Positions 8,816 to 18,884 of a stretch of 64,000 nt of DNA are shown one piece after another. This DNA comes from Chromatiales bacterium (lineage in GTDB: Bacteria; Pseudomonadota; Gammaproteobacteria; JAGRCI01): positions 4,412 to 68,411 of the forward strand of contig JAGRGI010000081.1 in the NCBI GenBank assembly GCA_020445565.1, in the 5' to 3' direction. Made by a program: the position numbers and the translations under genes. The notes beneath the pieces were generated by a model. It did no database searches, was not told the origin of the DNA, and saw only the letters and a list, made by a program, of their open reading frames with translations. Position 1 is the first letter of the stretch; each line of letters starts with the position of its first letter.

Positions 8816-10051
8816 ATGAACGGACATGATCCAAACACAACCGGCCTGGATTACTACCTCGTCGGCGGCGCCGTGCGTGACCGATTGCTGGGCCTGGAGC
8901 CGCGCGAGCGGGATTTCGTCGTTTTGGGAGCCAGCCCCGCGGAAATGCTGAAACGAGGGTTTTTACAGGTAGGAAAGGACTTTCCGATTTTTTTGCATCC
9001 CGTTTCACGCGAGGAATACGCCCTTGCCCGAACCCTTCGGCAACAGCAGGGCGCGGTGCACTACGGCCGGGATGTGACACTGAAAGAGGATCTATCGCGC
9101 AGGGACCTGACCATCAACGCCCTGGCGGAAACCGGCGACGGTGAAGTGATCGACTATTTTGGCGGAAGGGCGGATCTGCAGAACCGCGTGCTGCGGCACG
9201 TCTCCCACGCCTTCGCCGAGGACCCACTGCGCGTGTTGCGCGTGGCGCGATTTCAGGCCCGTTATGCCTGCCTGGGTTTCACTATCGCGGATGAAACCCT
9301 GGCCCTGATGAGGGAAATCGGCAACGCCGGCGCCCTGGAGTCGATCGCTCCGGACCGGATCTGGCTGGAATTTGACAAGGCCCTGGGCGGCCCCGCACCG
9401 GAGGTCTTCATCGAAGTTCTGCGGACTTGCGGTGCCCTGGGCCGTCTGCTGCCGGAGCTGGACCGCCTCTGGGGCGTACCGCAAACGGCAAAATGGCACC
9501 CGGAGGTCGATACCGGCATCCACATGCTGATGGTGCTGCACCAAGCCCGTCAACTGTCCGACGACCCGGCCGTGCTGTTCGCCGCCCTCACCCACGATCT
9601 GGGCAAGGGCCTCACGGCCGCGGACACCCTTCCCGCACACCACGGGCATGAAAAACGCAGCGCGGAACTGGTGCTAGGACTATGCCGACGCTGGCCGGTT
9701 CCGAATCGTTACCGCGATCTGGCCGTATTCGTGGCCAGGGAACACGGCAAGATCCACAACATAGAAGAACTGCGACCAGGCAAGGTGCTGAGCATTTTGG
9801 AAGCAGCGGATTATTTCCGTCGTCCAGAGCGATTGCAAAGCGCGTTGCTGGCTTGCGAGGCCGACTACCGTGGCCGCCAAGGCCTCGAAGACCGGCCCTA
9901 TCCCCAGGCGCAATACCTGCGAACACTCGCCGTGTCGGCGGCCCAAGCCGATCTCGGTACGGCGCTGGAATCCGCTGCCTCCGGGAGCGACGTGCGCGAG
10001 CTGGTTCGACGCGTACGCCTACAGGCATTGAGCAAGGCAATGGGGCGGTGA
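8816..10051 (+). CDS. cca: Multifunctional CCA-adding tRNA nucleotidyltransferase with a C-terminal HD domain
   Basis: LVGGAVRDRLLG...RDFVV head domain and an HD motif (HDLGK). The start was chosen at the ATG nearest the conserved YLVGGAVRD N-terminus. Confidence 0.8.
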   Translation: MNGHDPNTTGLDYYLVGGAVRDRLLGLEPRERDFVVLGASPAEMLKRGFLQVGKDFPIFLHPVSREEYALARTLRQQQGAVHYGRDVTLKEDLSRRDLTINALAETGDGEVIDYFGGRADLQNRVLRHVSHAFAEDPLRVLRVARFQARYACLGFTIADETLALMREIGNAGALESIAPDRIWLEFDKALGGPAPEVFIEVLRTCGALGRLLPELDRLWGVPQTAKWHPEVDTGIHMLMVLHQARQLSDDPAVLFAALTHDLGKGLTAADTLPAHHGHEKRSAELVLGLCRRWPVPNRYRDLAVFVAREHGKIHNIEELRPGKVLSILEAADYFRRPERLQSALLACEADYRGRQGLEDRPYPQAQYLRTLAVSAAQADLGTALESAASGSDVRELVRRVRLQALSKAMGR

Positions 10052-10156
10052 TTTCAGGTACCAGCAACGCCTGGTCCTTGCCATTGGTTTTGTACATCCC
10101 TAACATGCAAGGTTTTTCACTGTTTCGGGTCGATGCCCGAGGGACCAGGAGCTGAC

Positions 10157-11350
10157 ATGACTACGGCCATCATGCCGACCTACGCACGTTTGCCTGTGCA
10201 ATTCTCCCATGGAGAAGGGGTTTGGTTGTGGGATGAGTCCGGCAAGCGATACCTGGACGCCCTCAGCGGCATCGCCGTGTGCTCGCTTGGCCATGCCCAT
10301 CCGGCCGTTTCCGGCGCCATTTGCGAGCAAGCGGGAAAGTTGGTGCACACGTCCAATCTGTATGGCATCCAACGACAGGAGGAACTGGCCCGGCGGCTGA
10401 CCGCGCTCACCGGGATGCAGAACGTCTTTTTCGCCAATTCCGGCGCCGAGGCCAATGAAGCGGCGATCAAACTGGCACGCTTCTACGGCCACAGCCGCGG
10501 CATCGACCGGCCGGCAGTGGTCGTAATGGAATCGAGTTTTCACGGCCGCACCCTGGCCACACTCTCGGCCACCGGCAATGCAAAGATCCAGGCCGGTTTC
10601 GAGCCGCTGGTCGAGGGTTTCGTGCGCGTGCCCTATAACGATCTTGATGCCATTCGCCAGGTGGCTGAACAACACGCCAATGTGGTCGCTGTGCTGGTGG
10701 AGCCGGTGCAGGGCGAGGGCGGCGTAAACGTCCCCACGGCAGGTTACCTCAACGGTATCCGCGAGATCTGCGACCGGCACCAGTGGCTGATGATGCTTGA
10801 CGAGATACAGACCGGCATAGGACGTACCGGGCGTTTCGTCGCCTGCCAGCATGAAGCGGTTGTGCCCGACGTGTTGACCCTGGCCAAGGCGCTGGGTAAC
10901 GGCGTCCCCATTGGCGCCTGCCTGGCCAGCGGCAAGGCGGCCGGCCTCTATGGACCAGGCAACCACGGCTCCACTTTTGGGGGCAATCCGCTGGCCTGTG
11001 CCGCGGCCCTGGCGGTAGTCAAAGAGGTTGCCGACGGCGGCTTGGTCGAGCGTGCCGCCGAACTGGGCGAGCGGATGCTGAACGGCTTTCGCGACAGGCT
11101 GACCGGCCGGTCTGGGGTGGTCGACTTGCGCGGCAAGGGCCTGATGATCGGCATTCAACTGGGGCGGCCCTGCACGGAACTGGTGAAGCAGGCCTTGTCG
11201 CAGGGACTTTTGATCAACGTCACCGCCGGCAGCACGATTCGATTGTTGCCGCCACTGATCCTGAGCGACGCCGAGGCTGATCAAATTGTCGAAGGCGTCA
11301 GTGATCTGGTACTCAACTTCCTGGAGCAGGCGGCCGAAACCGCAGCCTGA
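10157..11350 (+). CDS. argD: Acetylornithine aminotransferase (class III PLP aminotransferase)
   Basis: PTYARLPV..FSHGEGVWLWD..; LDEIQTGIGRTG; adjacent to argF. Confidence 0.85.
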   Translation: MTTAIMPTYARLPVQFSHGEGVWLWDESGKRYLDALSGIAVCSLGHAHPAVSGAICEQAGKLVHTSNLYGIQRQEELARRLTALTGMQNVFFANSGAEANEAAIKLARFYGHSRGIDRPAVVVMESSFHGRTLATLSATGNAKIQAGFEPLVEGFVRVPYNDLDAIRQVAEQHANVVAVLVEPVQGEGGVNVPTAGYLNGIREICDRHQWLMMLDEIQTGIGRTGRFVACQHEAVVPDVLTLAKALGNGVPIGACLASGKAAGLYGPGNHGSTFGGNPLACAAALAVVKEVADGGLVERAAELGERMLNGFRDRLTGRSGVVDLRGKGLMIGIQLGRPCTELVKQALSQGLLINVTAGSTIRLLPPLILSDAEADQIVEGVSDLVLNFLEQAAETAA

Positions 11351-11374
11351 CATCTGGGCACACAGGACGATAGC

Positions 11375-12298
11375 GTGAGTTCTGCAAGCGAAGTACGGCA
11401 TTTCCTGAGCATTCTCGACCTGGATCGGGAGGAACATCTGGGCCTGATAGAGCGCGCCATCGAACTCAAGGCGATGCAATACGCGGGCGAGATCTACGAA
11501 CCCCTCAAAAACCGCACCCTGGGGATGATCTTCGAGAAGTCTTCGACCCGCACCAGGGTCGCCTTTGAGGTGGCCATGGTGCAGTTTGGCGGCGCGGCGA
11601 TCTTCCTGTCTCCCCGCGACACCCAATTGGGGCGCGGAGAGCCTGTTGAAGACAGCGCCCGCGTGGTGTCTCGCATGGTGGACTGCGTGATGATTCGCAC
11701 CTATAGCCACGCGCTGGTTGAACGCTTCGCCCATCATGCAAGGGTGCCGGTCATCAACGCCTTGACCGACAGGCACCATCCCTGCCAGTTGCTTGCCGAT
11801 ATGCAGACCTACCGGGAGCACCGCGGCAGTATTCAGGGCCGCAACGTGGCCTGGATTGGCGACGGCAACAATATGTGTCACTCCTACATAGAGACGGCAC
11901 GACGCTACCGGTTCAAACTGCGCATAGCCTGCCCCAAAGGCTATGAACCCGATGCGGAAATCCTGAGCGCCAACAGCGAGTGGGCGGAAGTGGTAGACAG
12001 TCCGCAGGAGGCTGCGACCGGGGCCGATCTGTTGGTTACCGATGTTTGGGCAAGCATGGGCCAGGAGGAAGAAGCCGAGACCAGACATCGGGTCTTCGAA
12101 CCCTACCAGGTCAATACCCAGCTCATGTCCTTGACCGCGGACGACGCTCTTTTTATGCACTGCCTGCCGGCCCACCGTGGAGAAGAGGTCACGGCCGAGG
12201 TGATCGACGGTCCCAAGAGCGTGGTCTGGGACGAAGCCGAGAATCGCCTGCATGCCCAAAAAGCCCTGCTGGAGTTTCTTCTCACCGGAGCCCGGTAG
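11375..12298 (+). CDS. argF: Ornithine carbamoyltransferase
   Basis: STRTR carbamoyl-phosphate motif, [11 protein letters not shown] and DVWASMG motifs. Confidence 0.85.
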   Translation: MSSASEVRHFLSILDLDREEHLGLIERAIELKAMQYAGEIYEPLKNRTLGMIFEKSSTRTRVAFEVAMVQFGGAAIFLSPRDTQLGRGEPVEDSARVVSRMVDCVMIRTYSHALVERFAHHARVPVINALTDRHHPCQLLADMQTYREHRGSIQGRNVAWIGDGNNMCHSYIETARRYRFKLRIACPKGYEPDAEILSANSEWAEVVDSPQEAATGADLLVTDVWASMGQEEEAETRHRVFEPYQVNTQLMSLTADDALFMHCLPAHRGEEVTAEVIDGPKSVVWDEAENRLHAQKALLEFLLTGAR

Positions 12299-12304
12299 AA
12301 ACCC

Positions 12305-13378
12305 ATGAGCCTGCTTGACGTCAATGGCATCGAATGCCGTTACGGCGACACTGTGGTCGCCGCAGATGTCACCCTGCGCGTCAACAAGGGGGCCGTGGTA
12401 GGGCTGTTGGGGCCTAGCGGCTGCGGAAAGACCACTGTGCTGCGGGCCATTGCCGGTTTTCAACCCCTGCAACAGGGGGAGATTCGGCTCGACGGACGAG
12501 TGATTTCCTCCCCCGGATTCACCCTCGCCCCGGAGAAGCGCCATCTGGGCATGGTGTTTCAGGACTACTCCCTGTTCCCCCACATGGATGTCGGCGACAA
12601 CATCTGCTTCGGGCTCCGCGGCCTGGGCCGTGCCGAGCGCGGCCGGCTGGCCGAGGAGATGCTGGAAACGGTCGGCCTGGCAGGTTTTTGCAAACGCTTT
12701 CCTCATGAACTCTCCGGCGGGCAGCAACAGCGGGTCGCGCTGGCACGGGCGCTGGCGCCGAAGCCCGATCTGCTGCTGCTGGACGAGCCCTTTTCAAGCC
12801 TGGACGTGGAGCTGCGCGAGCATCTGAGTGTCGAGGTGCGCGAAATCCTCAAACACCGAGGCACAACGGCAATCCTGGTCACTCACGATCAGCATGAAGC
12901 CTTTGCGATGTGCGAAATGGTCGGCGTGATGAATCACGGCCGAATCCTGCAATGGGACACGCCCTACCAGCTCTATCACGAACCGAACCACCGCTTTGTG
13001 GCCGATTTCATCGGCCAGGGCGAATTCCTGACCGCGACGGTATTGGCAGACAATCGATTGGAAACCGAATTGGGCATCGTGCGCTGCCGCAGACAGGTCC
13101 AGTGGCCGGCGGGCACGCAGGTCGAGGTGCTCTTCCGTCCCGACGATATACTGCCGGAACCGGAAAGTCCGTTGCGCACAGTCGTGATCGACAAGGCATT
13201 CAAAGGGGCGGAGACCCTCTACACCCTACGCCTGGAAACCGGCGCCACGGTGGTCTCCCTGTTCCCCAGTCACCACAATCACGAGATTGGCGAGCGAGTA
13301 GGCATTCGCATCGATGCCGAGCATGTGGTCGCCTTTCCCATAGAGACGGCCGCAACGGCCCATACGGAAGCACTATGA
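12305..13378 (+). CDS. ABC transporter ATP-binding protein with a C-terminal TOBE domain (PotA/FbpC-like importer ATPase)
   Basis: Walker A GPSGCGKTT, signature LSGGQQQRVALARAL, Walker B LLLDEP. The gene ends overlapping the start of the next gene. Confidence 0.75.
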   Translation: MSLLDVNGIECRYGDTVVAADVTLRVNKGAVVGLLGPSGCGKTTVLRAIAGFQPLQQGEIRLDGRVISSPGFTLAPEKRHLGMVFQDYSLFPHMDVGDNICFGLRGLGRAERGRLAEEMLETVGLAGFCKRFPHELSGGQQQRVALARALAPKPDLLLLDEPFSSLDVELREHLSVEVREILKHRGTTAILVTHDQHEAFAMCEMVGVMNHGRILQWDTPYQLYHEPNHRFVADFIGQGEFLTATVLADNRLETELGIVRCRRQVQWPAGTQVEVLFRPDDILPEPESPLRTVVIDKAFKGAETLYTLRLETGATVVSLFPSHHNHEIGERVGIRIDAEHVVAFPIETAATAHTEAL

Positions 13379-14067
13379 AGGCAGGCATGGCGTTGCGACG
13401 CAGATTTCCTATTTTCATCCTGCTGATATTGCTGGGAGGCGGAAGCGCGTTCGGCGAAACACAATACGTGTCCGACGCCGTGAAAGTGACACTGCGTTCC
13501 GGGCCCAGCATCCAAAACAAGATTTTGCGCATGCTGCCGGTCGGCGCCCCGCTCAAGGTACTGGAGACAGACGAAAAGACGGGCTATTCGCGAGTACGTT
13601 TTGACGGCGATACCGTCGGCTGGATATTGACGAGGCAGCTTTCCCGTGAACCCAGTCCGCGCCAGCAGTTGGAAGAGACCCGGTCCCGTTTGTCGGCGGT
13701 CGAAACAAACAACGGCGCACTCGCCGAGGAACTGAAACAACTGCAAGAGCGTTTTACGAACACGGACGAACAACGCGCGAAGCTGCTGAACGACAACCGG
13801 CGGCTTGCAGAAGAACTCAAAGCACTTCAACAATCCGCAGCCAATACCCTGTTTACGGAGCAGGAAAATCTACGCTTGCAGAACAATGTTCAGGAACTGG
13901 AAAAACGCCTTTCAGATTTGCAGTTTCAATATGACGGCATTCAGCGGGAGAACGCCCGCGACTGGTTCATGGTGGGCGCGGGTGTGATTTTGCTGGGCAT
14001 ACTCGTGGGGCTCATCCTGCCACGAATGCGCTGGAAACGGCGCGGATCGAGCTGGGATACGCTTTGA
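13375..14067 (+). CDS. Bacterial SH3-domain protein (YgiM/TIGR04211-like): signal peptide, SH3, coiled coil, C-terminal TM
   Basis: Signal peptide, an SH3b-like segment (YVSDAVKVTLRSGPS...), a long coiled coil and a C-terminal TM helix. The ATG at 13375 lies inside the tracker's out-of-frame longer ORF. Confidence 0.65.
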   Translation: MKAGMALRRRFPIFILLILLGGGSAFGETQYVSDAVKVTLRSGPSIQNKILRMLPVGAPLKVLETDEKTGYSRVRFDGDTVGWILTRQLSREPSPRQQLEETRSRLSAVETNNGALAEELKQLQERFTNTDEQRAKLLNDNRRLAEELKALQQSAANTLFTEQENLRLQNNVQELEKRLSDLQFQYDGIQRENARDWFMVGAGVILLGILVGLILPRMRWKRRGSSWDTL

Positions 14068-14134
14068 TCGCGGACTGAAGGCCCCATCCGGCCAGCCCCA
14101 TGGGCGCCAGACCGGACGGGCAATTTCACCTTGC

Positions 14135-15832
14135 TCAGTCCGTGACCGCTCCCAGCGAAGCGGAACTCACCAACTTGGCATATTTCGCCAGTACGCCGCG
14201 GGTGTAGCGTGGCTCAGGTTGTTTCCATTGCGACAGGCGTTGCTGGATTTCCTCGTCGGAAACACCCAGGCTGAGGGCGTTGTTCACCGCATCGATCGTG
14301 ATGGCGTCGCCGTCGCGCACCACGGCAAGGGGTCCGCCGTTATAGGCTTCGGGCGTGATGTGGCCGACCACGAAACCATGGGTGCCGCCAGAGAAGCGGC
14401 CATCGGTGATCAGCGCCACATCGTTACCCAGCCCCTTGCCCATCACCGCCGAGGTCGGCGACAGCATCTCACGCATTCCGGGCCCGCCACGCGGCCCCTC
14501 GTAGCGAATCACGATCACATCGCCCTTCACCACAGTGCCGTCCAGGATGCGCTTCATGGCCTCTTCTTCGGAGTCGAACACGCGCGCCGTACCCTCGAAA
14601 CGCAGCCCCTCCTTGCCGGAGATCTTCGCCACCGACCCCTCGGGGGCGAGGTTGCCGCGCAGGATGCGCAGATGCGAATCCTTTTTGATCGGATTGTCGA
14701 GGGCGCGGACGATGTCCTGGCCTTGCATATAGGGCTGCACGTCCTTGAGATTTTCCGCCATGGTCCTGCCCGTGACGGTGAGGCAATCGCCGTGCAGCAA
14801 TCCGGCATCCAGCAGGGACTTCATCAACGGCAGGGTGCCACCGATGGCCACCAGCTCGGACATCATGTACTTTCCGGAAGGGCGCAAATCGGCCAGCACC
14901 GGCACTCGCTCGCCGATGCGGGTGAAATCGTCCAGGCTCAGTTCGACGCCCGCGCTGTGGGCCATGCCCAGCAGGTGCAGCACGGCATTGGTGGAACCAC
15001 CCAGGGTGATGACCACGGTAATGGCGTTCTCAAATGCCTGGCGGGTCATGATGTCGCGGGGACGGATTCCCTTTTCGAGAAGATTCAGCACCGCCTCGCC
15101 GGCCCGCTCGCAATCGGTTTGTTTGTCCGCCGAGATGGCCGCCTGGGCCGAGGAGTTGGGCAGGGACATGCCCAGGGCCTCGATAGCGGAGGCCATGGTA
15201 TTGGCGGTGTACATACCGCCGCAGGAGCCGGCGCCGGGAATGGCGCAGGACTCGATCTCGGCCAGCTCGGTATCGTCGATCTTATTGTTGGCGCGCTGAC
15301 CTACCGCTTCGAAGACCGACACGATATCCACCTTCTTACCGTGGTAGTCCCCCGGCATGATGGTACCGCCGTAGACGAAAACGGACGGCCGGTTGAGTCT
15401 GGCCAGCCCGATCAGACAGCCGGGCATGTTCTTGTCGCAGCCACCGATGGCGACCACGCCGTCGAAACCCTCGCAGCCGGCCACAGTCTCGATGGAGTCG
15501 GCAATCACCTCGCGGGAGACCAGGGAGTATTTCATCCCCTCCGTGCCCATGGAGATGCCGTCGGAAATGGTGATGGTATTGAAGATCACGCCCTTGCCGC
15601 CGGCTCGGTTCACCCCGGTCTCGGCCTCTTTGGCCAACTGGTCGATATGCATGTTGCAGGGCGTGACCATGGACCAGGTGGAGGCGATGCCTACCTGAGG
15701 CTTGCGGAAATCCTCGCGGGTGAAACCCACGGCGTGCAGCATGGCGCGGCTGGGTGCGCGCTCCATGCCATCCACCACTTGGGAGGAATATTTTCGACGG
15801 TCGTTGTTCTGGTCGTCAGGCCCGTTCGCCAT
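14135..15832 (-). CDS. ilvD: Dihydroxy-acid dehydratase
   Basis: Characteristic IlvD/EDD sequence throughout (CDKNMPG, SGGTHG, etc.). The tracker start at 15904 is a TTG; the ATG at 15832 (MANGPDD...) gives a canonical N-terminal length and has a GGAG upstream. Confidence 0.85.
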   Translation of the reverse strand: MANGPDDQNNDRRKYSSQVVDGMERAPSRAMLHAVGFTREDFRKPQVGIASTWSMVTPCNMHIDQLAKEAETGVNRAGGKGVIFNTITISDGISMGTEGMKYSLVSREVIADSIETVAGCEGFDGVVAIGGCDKNMPGCLIGLARLNRPSVFVYGGTIMPGDYHGKKVDIVSVFEAVGQRANNKIDDTELAEIESCAIPGAGSCGGMYTANTMASAIEALGMSLPNSSAQAAISADKQTDCERAGEAVLNLLEKGIRPRDIMTRQAFENAITVVITLGGSTNAVLHLLGMAHSAGVELSLDDFTRIGERVPVLADLRPSGKYMMSELVAIGGTLPLMKSLLDAGLLHGDCLTVTGRTMAENLKDVQPYMQGQDIVRALDNPIKKDSHLRILRGNLAPEGSVAKISGKEGLRFEGTARVFDSEEEAMKRILDGTVVKGDVIVIRYEGPRGGPGMREMLSPTSAVMGKGLGNDVALITDGRFSGGTHGFVVGHITPEAYNGGPLAVVRDGDAITIDAVNNALSLGVSDEEIQQRLSQWKQPEPRYTRGVLAKYAKLVSSASLGAVTD

Positions 15833-16003
15833 CTTGGTCAGCGCTCCACGATTGATCGGTTCGGATACGTAGCCGTTCGGCTGCCACCACGGTTGGCGGC
15901 TCAACTGTCTAAACAGCTACCGGCAAGCCCCTAATGATACCCCCTGCACCGCCTACTCGCGAAAGCCCTTGCGCGCCACCGGGCCGGAGCCCAGAATCTC
16001 CTC

Positions 16004-17173
16004 ATGCCTACCCCTCCCCTAATGACCATGATCGCCGACCTCATCGGCACGCCTTCCATGAGCAGCGTCTCGCCGGCATTCGACATTGGCAACGGCCCGG
16101 TGATCGAAAAGCTCGCGAGTTGGCTCAAGGACGCGGGTTTTGGCGTGGAGATCCTCCCCATCCAGGGCTATCCGGGCAAGTTCAATCTCATTGCGGTGCT
16201 GGGCCGCGGAGAGGGTGGCTTGGTGCTTTCCGGCCATACCGACACGGTGCCCTACGACGAAAACCGCTGGAGTCAGGACCCGTTTCGCCTTACCGAGCGT
16301 GACCAGCGCCTGTATGGGCTGGGCACCGCCGACATGAAATCCTTCTTCGCGTTGGCCATCGAGGCGGCCCGGGGACTGCGCCATGCAGACCTGAAGCGTC
16401 CCTTGACCATTCTTGCGACCGCCGATGAAGAATCCAGCATGTGCGGCGCGCAGGCGCTGCTGGATCAGGGCCGACGCCTGGGGGACTATGCCGTCATCGG
16501 CGAACCCACAGGGATGAAACCGATTCGCATGCACAAGGGTATTTTCATGGACGCGATCCGGCTCACCGGCAGGGCCGGCCATTCCAGCGACCCGGCACTG
16601 GGCAACAGTGCCCTGGAAGGGATGCATAAGGTGCTCGGCGAACTGCTCGCCTGGCGTTCGGAACTCCAGGCCAAGCATCGAAATCCCGCTTTTGCGGTGC
16701 CGGTACCGACCCTGAATCTGGGCCACATCCACGGCGGCGACAATCCAAACCGGATCTGCGGACAATGCGAGTTGCACATCGACTTGCGCCCGCTGCCCGG
16801 CATGGATCAAGGCGAGCTGCGTGCGCAGGTGCGCAACCGGCTTGAGACAGGTTTGGCCGGTAGCGGCTTGCAACTGGAGATTCTGCCCCTGTTCGAGGGC
16901 ATCCCTGCCATGGAAACTGCGGCACAATCCGCTATCGTGCGCGCCGCCGAACAACTCACCGGCAGCGAGGCACAGGCGGTTGCCTTCGGTACGGAGGCAC
17001 CGTATTTGAACGCCCTGGGTGTCGAAACGCTGGTGATGGGGCCGGGACACATCGACCAGGCCCATCAACCGGATGAATACATCGCTCTGGATCAATTGCA
17101 TCCCGGTGTCGATCTGTTGCGCAGTCTGATCCAGCGATTTTGCATGGAAAGCGCCCCCAGCGAGGACGCCTGA
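16004..17173 (+). CDS. argE: Acetylornithine deacetylase (M20 peptidase family)
   Basis: M20 metal-binding motifs (SGHTDTVP, ATADEE) over an ArgE-like length. Confidence 0.8.
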   Translation: MPTPPLMTMIADLIGTPSMSSVSPAFDIGNGPVIEKLASWLKDAGFGVEILPIQGYPGKFNLIAVLGRGEGGLVLSGHTDTVPYDENRWSQDPFRLTERDQRLYGLGTADMKSFFALAIEAARGLRHADLKRPLTILATADEESSMCGAQALLDQGRRLGDYAVIGEPTGMKPIRMHKGIFMDAIRLTGRAGHSSDPALGNSALEGMHKVLGELLAWRSELQAKHRNPAFAVPVPTLNLGHIHGGDNPNRICGQCELHIDLRPLPGMDQGELRAQVRNRLETGLAGSGLQLEILPLFEGIPAMETAAQSAIVRAAEQLTGSEAQAVAFGTEAPYLNALGVETLVMGPGHIDQAHQPDEYIALDQLHPGVDLLRSLIQRFCMESAPSEDA

Positions 17174-17503
17174 CGTCACCCGGTCGCCGGATCATGTTGC
17201 ACCCAAGGGGAACTGCGGAGTCCCAGTTGGACAGCAAATCCAGTCCACGGCCGAGCAGGTCCGGGCTTGAAGCCCGGAACATACCGTTACCCAAACCTCG
17301 ATCCTCGACTTAGCGCATGCACTACGGCGAGCCGCCCGTTTGAGATCGCCTTCTTCAGCATGCAAAGACTCACCTCAGGACCCGTGCCAAGCGTCACGAT
17401 GCGGCCGGAACAACATTCACGGGCCGGAAGCTTCGGCGATAGTAACGAGGCAGTGGTTCCAGGTCTCGCTGCCCATCGCAGTCGGGACGCCCCGATCAGC
17501 CGG

Positions 17504-18814
17504 TCAATGCGAAAAAATATCCCTGCGCCCGAATCGTATGAGCATGGCCCTGTAGCGTTTATACCGGGCGGCCTCGGTCTGTATCCACTCGTCCATACCC
17601 GCCGGATTCGTCGCTTTTTGTGCCCCATTGTTCGTCTGTCCGGTCGATCCGCCATCCCCGAAAAAATCGATTTGCCGCCGGAACAAGTCGACCCGATTGT
17701 TGCCAGTGATGGTGGCTTCCGCGGCCCGGACTAATTCGCCCGCCCTCGCCTCGTTGCCTTGGTCGATCTCCACTGCTGCCAAGTCCAGATACAAAAATGA
17801 TCGGAAGTCGGACGAAAGGCTGCACGAAGGATATTTTTCGGCGAGGAAGACTGCCTCGCTCAGCGATCCCGACGCCGCGTCCGCCCTTCCCTGCAGATGG
17901 TAAAGCTTCCCCAATTTTCGCCGGAACCGGACAACCTCCGAAATCTCATATGGTTCCGGCTTCCGCAGCTCTGCCTCCAAGACTTCGATCGCACCCTGAA
18001 TGTCCAAGGTGTTCAAGAGGCTCTCTATCAAGTTGTCCACAATCGAGCCCCTGGGAACCGCAAACGGGCCCGCTACCTGTTCCCGTATACGCAGGGCATG
18101 CCTAAGGGCAGTCTCGGCCATCTGGAGATCATGGAAGAGAACAAGGTATCCAAGCGACGCGAGCAGGTCGGATTCCAGGTTGGAATCACGTCCTAACCGT
18201 TGTTGTAGTGAGGTGATCGTAACCTCGATGCAAGGCTGCACTCGGGAGCCCCAGGATAACGTGCTCAGGAATTCGTCGAACCAGGCGACGGCATCGGGCA
18301 GGTCGGTGAGCGACAGCGAGTCGAACACGGATTCGATGTCTTTCAGATCCGCTCGCCACTCGCTATCGTCCGCAGGTGCACAGGGAGTATCCATCCAGGG
18401 GGTGTAGCCACCCCGCTCGGCACTGCATGCAATATGGTAGCGTTGCAGTACCAGATCCAGGCGGCGCGGATCATCGTGGGCAAGCACCGGCGAATTCCAG
18501 GCGCGCAGCAACAATTCCCTCGCTCGCATCCTCACCCAGTTGTCGCTCAACCGGTCTATATGCCAGCGCGCCGCGGCCACCGTCCGCTCCCATTGTTCCA
18601 TGGCGCTTGTGGCCTGCTCGATCTCCTTCTCGGACCAGTAATGCGCCTCGGGCAAGACAAAGCGATCCCACGGATGGACGCGCGCCTCGGTGCGAATGGC
18701 CAACATCGCCATCTGCCAATAGTGGGGATAGGCCTCCAACACGGCCGCTACCACGATGAGGACTGCAAATATAATGATGGAAATCCTGTTTTTCACCTTG
18801 ATCTCCCTGCTCAA
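17504..18814 (-). CDS. Membrane-anchored hypothetical protein (N-terminal TM, helical-repeat body) lying 70 bp downstream of the immunity gene
   Basis: 436-aa ORF with an N-terminal signal-anchor (IIIFAVLIVVAAVL) and no recognisable catalytic motif. Same strand as the toxin/immunity module. Confidence 0.5.
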   Translation of the reverse strand: MSREIKVKNRISIIIFAVLIVVAAVLEAYPHYWQMAMLAIRTEARVHPWDRFVLPEAHYWSEKEIEQATSAMEQWERTVAAARWHIDRLSDNWVRMRARELLLRAWNSPVLAHDDPRRLDLVLQRYHIACSAERGGYTPWMDTPCAPADDSEWRADLKDIESVFDSLSLTDLPDAVAWFDEFLSTLSWGSRVQPCIEVTITSLQQRLGRDSNLESDLLASLGYLVLFHDLQMAETALRHALRIREQVAGPFAVPRGSIVDNLIESLLNTLDIQGAIEVLEAELRKPEPYEISEVVRFRRKLGKLYHLQGRADAASGSLSEAVFLAEKYPSCSLSSDFRSFLYLDLAAVEIDQGNEARAGELVRAAEATITGNNRVDLFRRQIDFFGDGGSTGQTNNGAQKATNPAGMDEWIQTEAARYKRYRAMLIRFGRRDIFSH

Positions 18815-18884
18815 TTTGGACTGTCAGTCCTTGGTATTACAAGCGGAACACGGTCCACCCGATGCGTTCAAAGCCGGGTAGCCG

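Noticed and set aside
10100-12727. 875-aa minus-strand ORF spanning argD-argF
   Set aside because: Antisense shadow of two well-supported genes (argD, argF). Its translation is low complexity and has no domain signatures.
14068-14134. Bidirectional terminator between the SH3 protein gene and ilvD
   Set aside because: The palindrome GCCCCATGGGCGC is imperfect and lacks a flanking U tract. The evidence is too weak.
14219-15934. 571-aa + strand ORF
   Set aside because: It is entirely antisense to ilvD. It is a high-GC shadow ORF with a low-complexity, Gly/Ala/His-rich translation, whereas the ilvD frame carries unmistakable family motifs.
17261-17277. Hairpin CCGGGCTTGAAGCCCGG after argE as a terminator
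   Set aside because: The stem is good but there is no T-rich tail; it could be incidental in GC-rich DNA.
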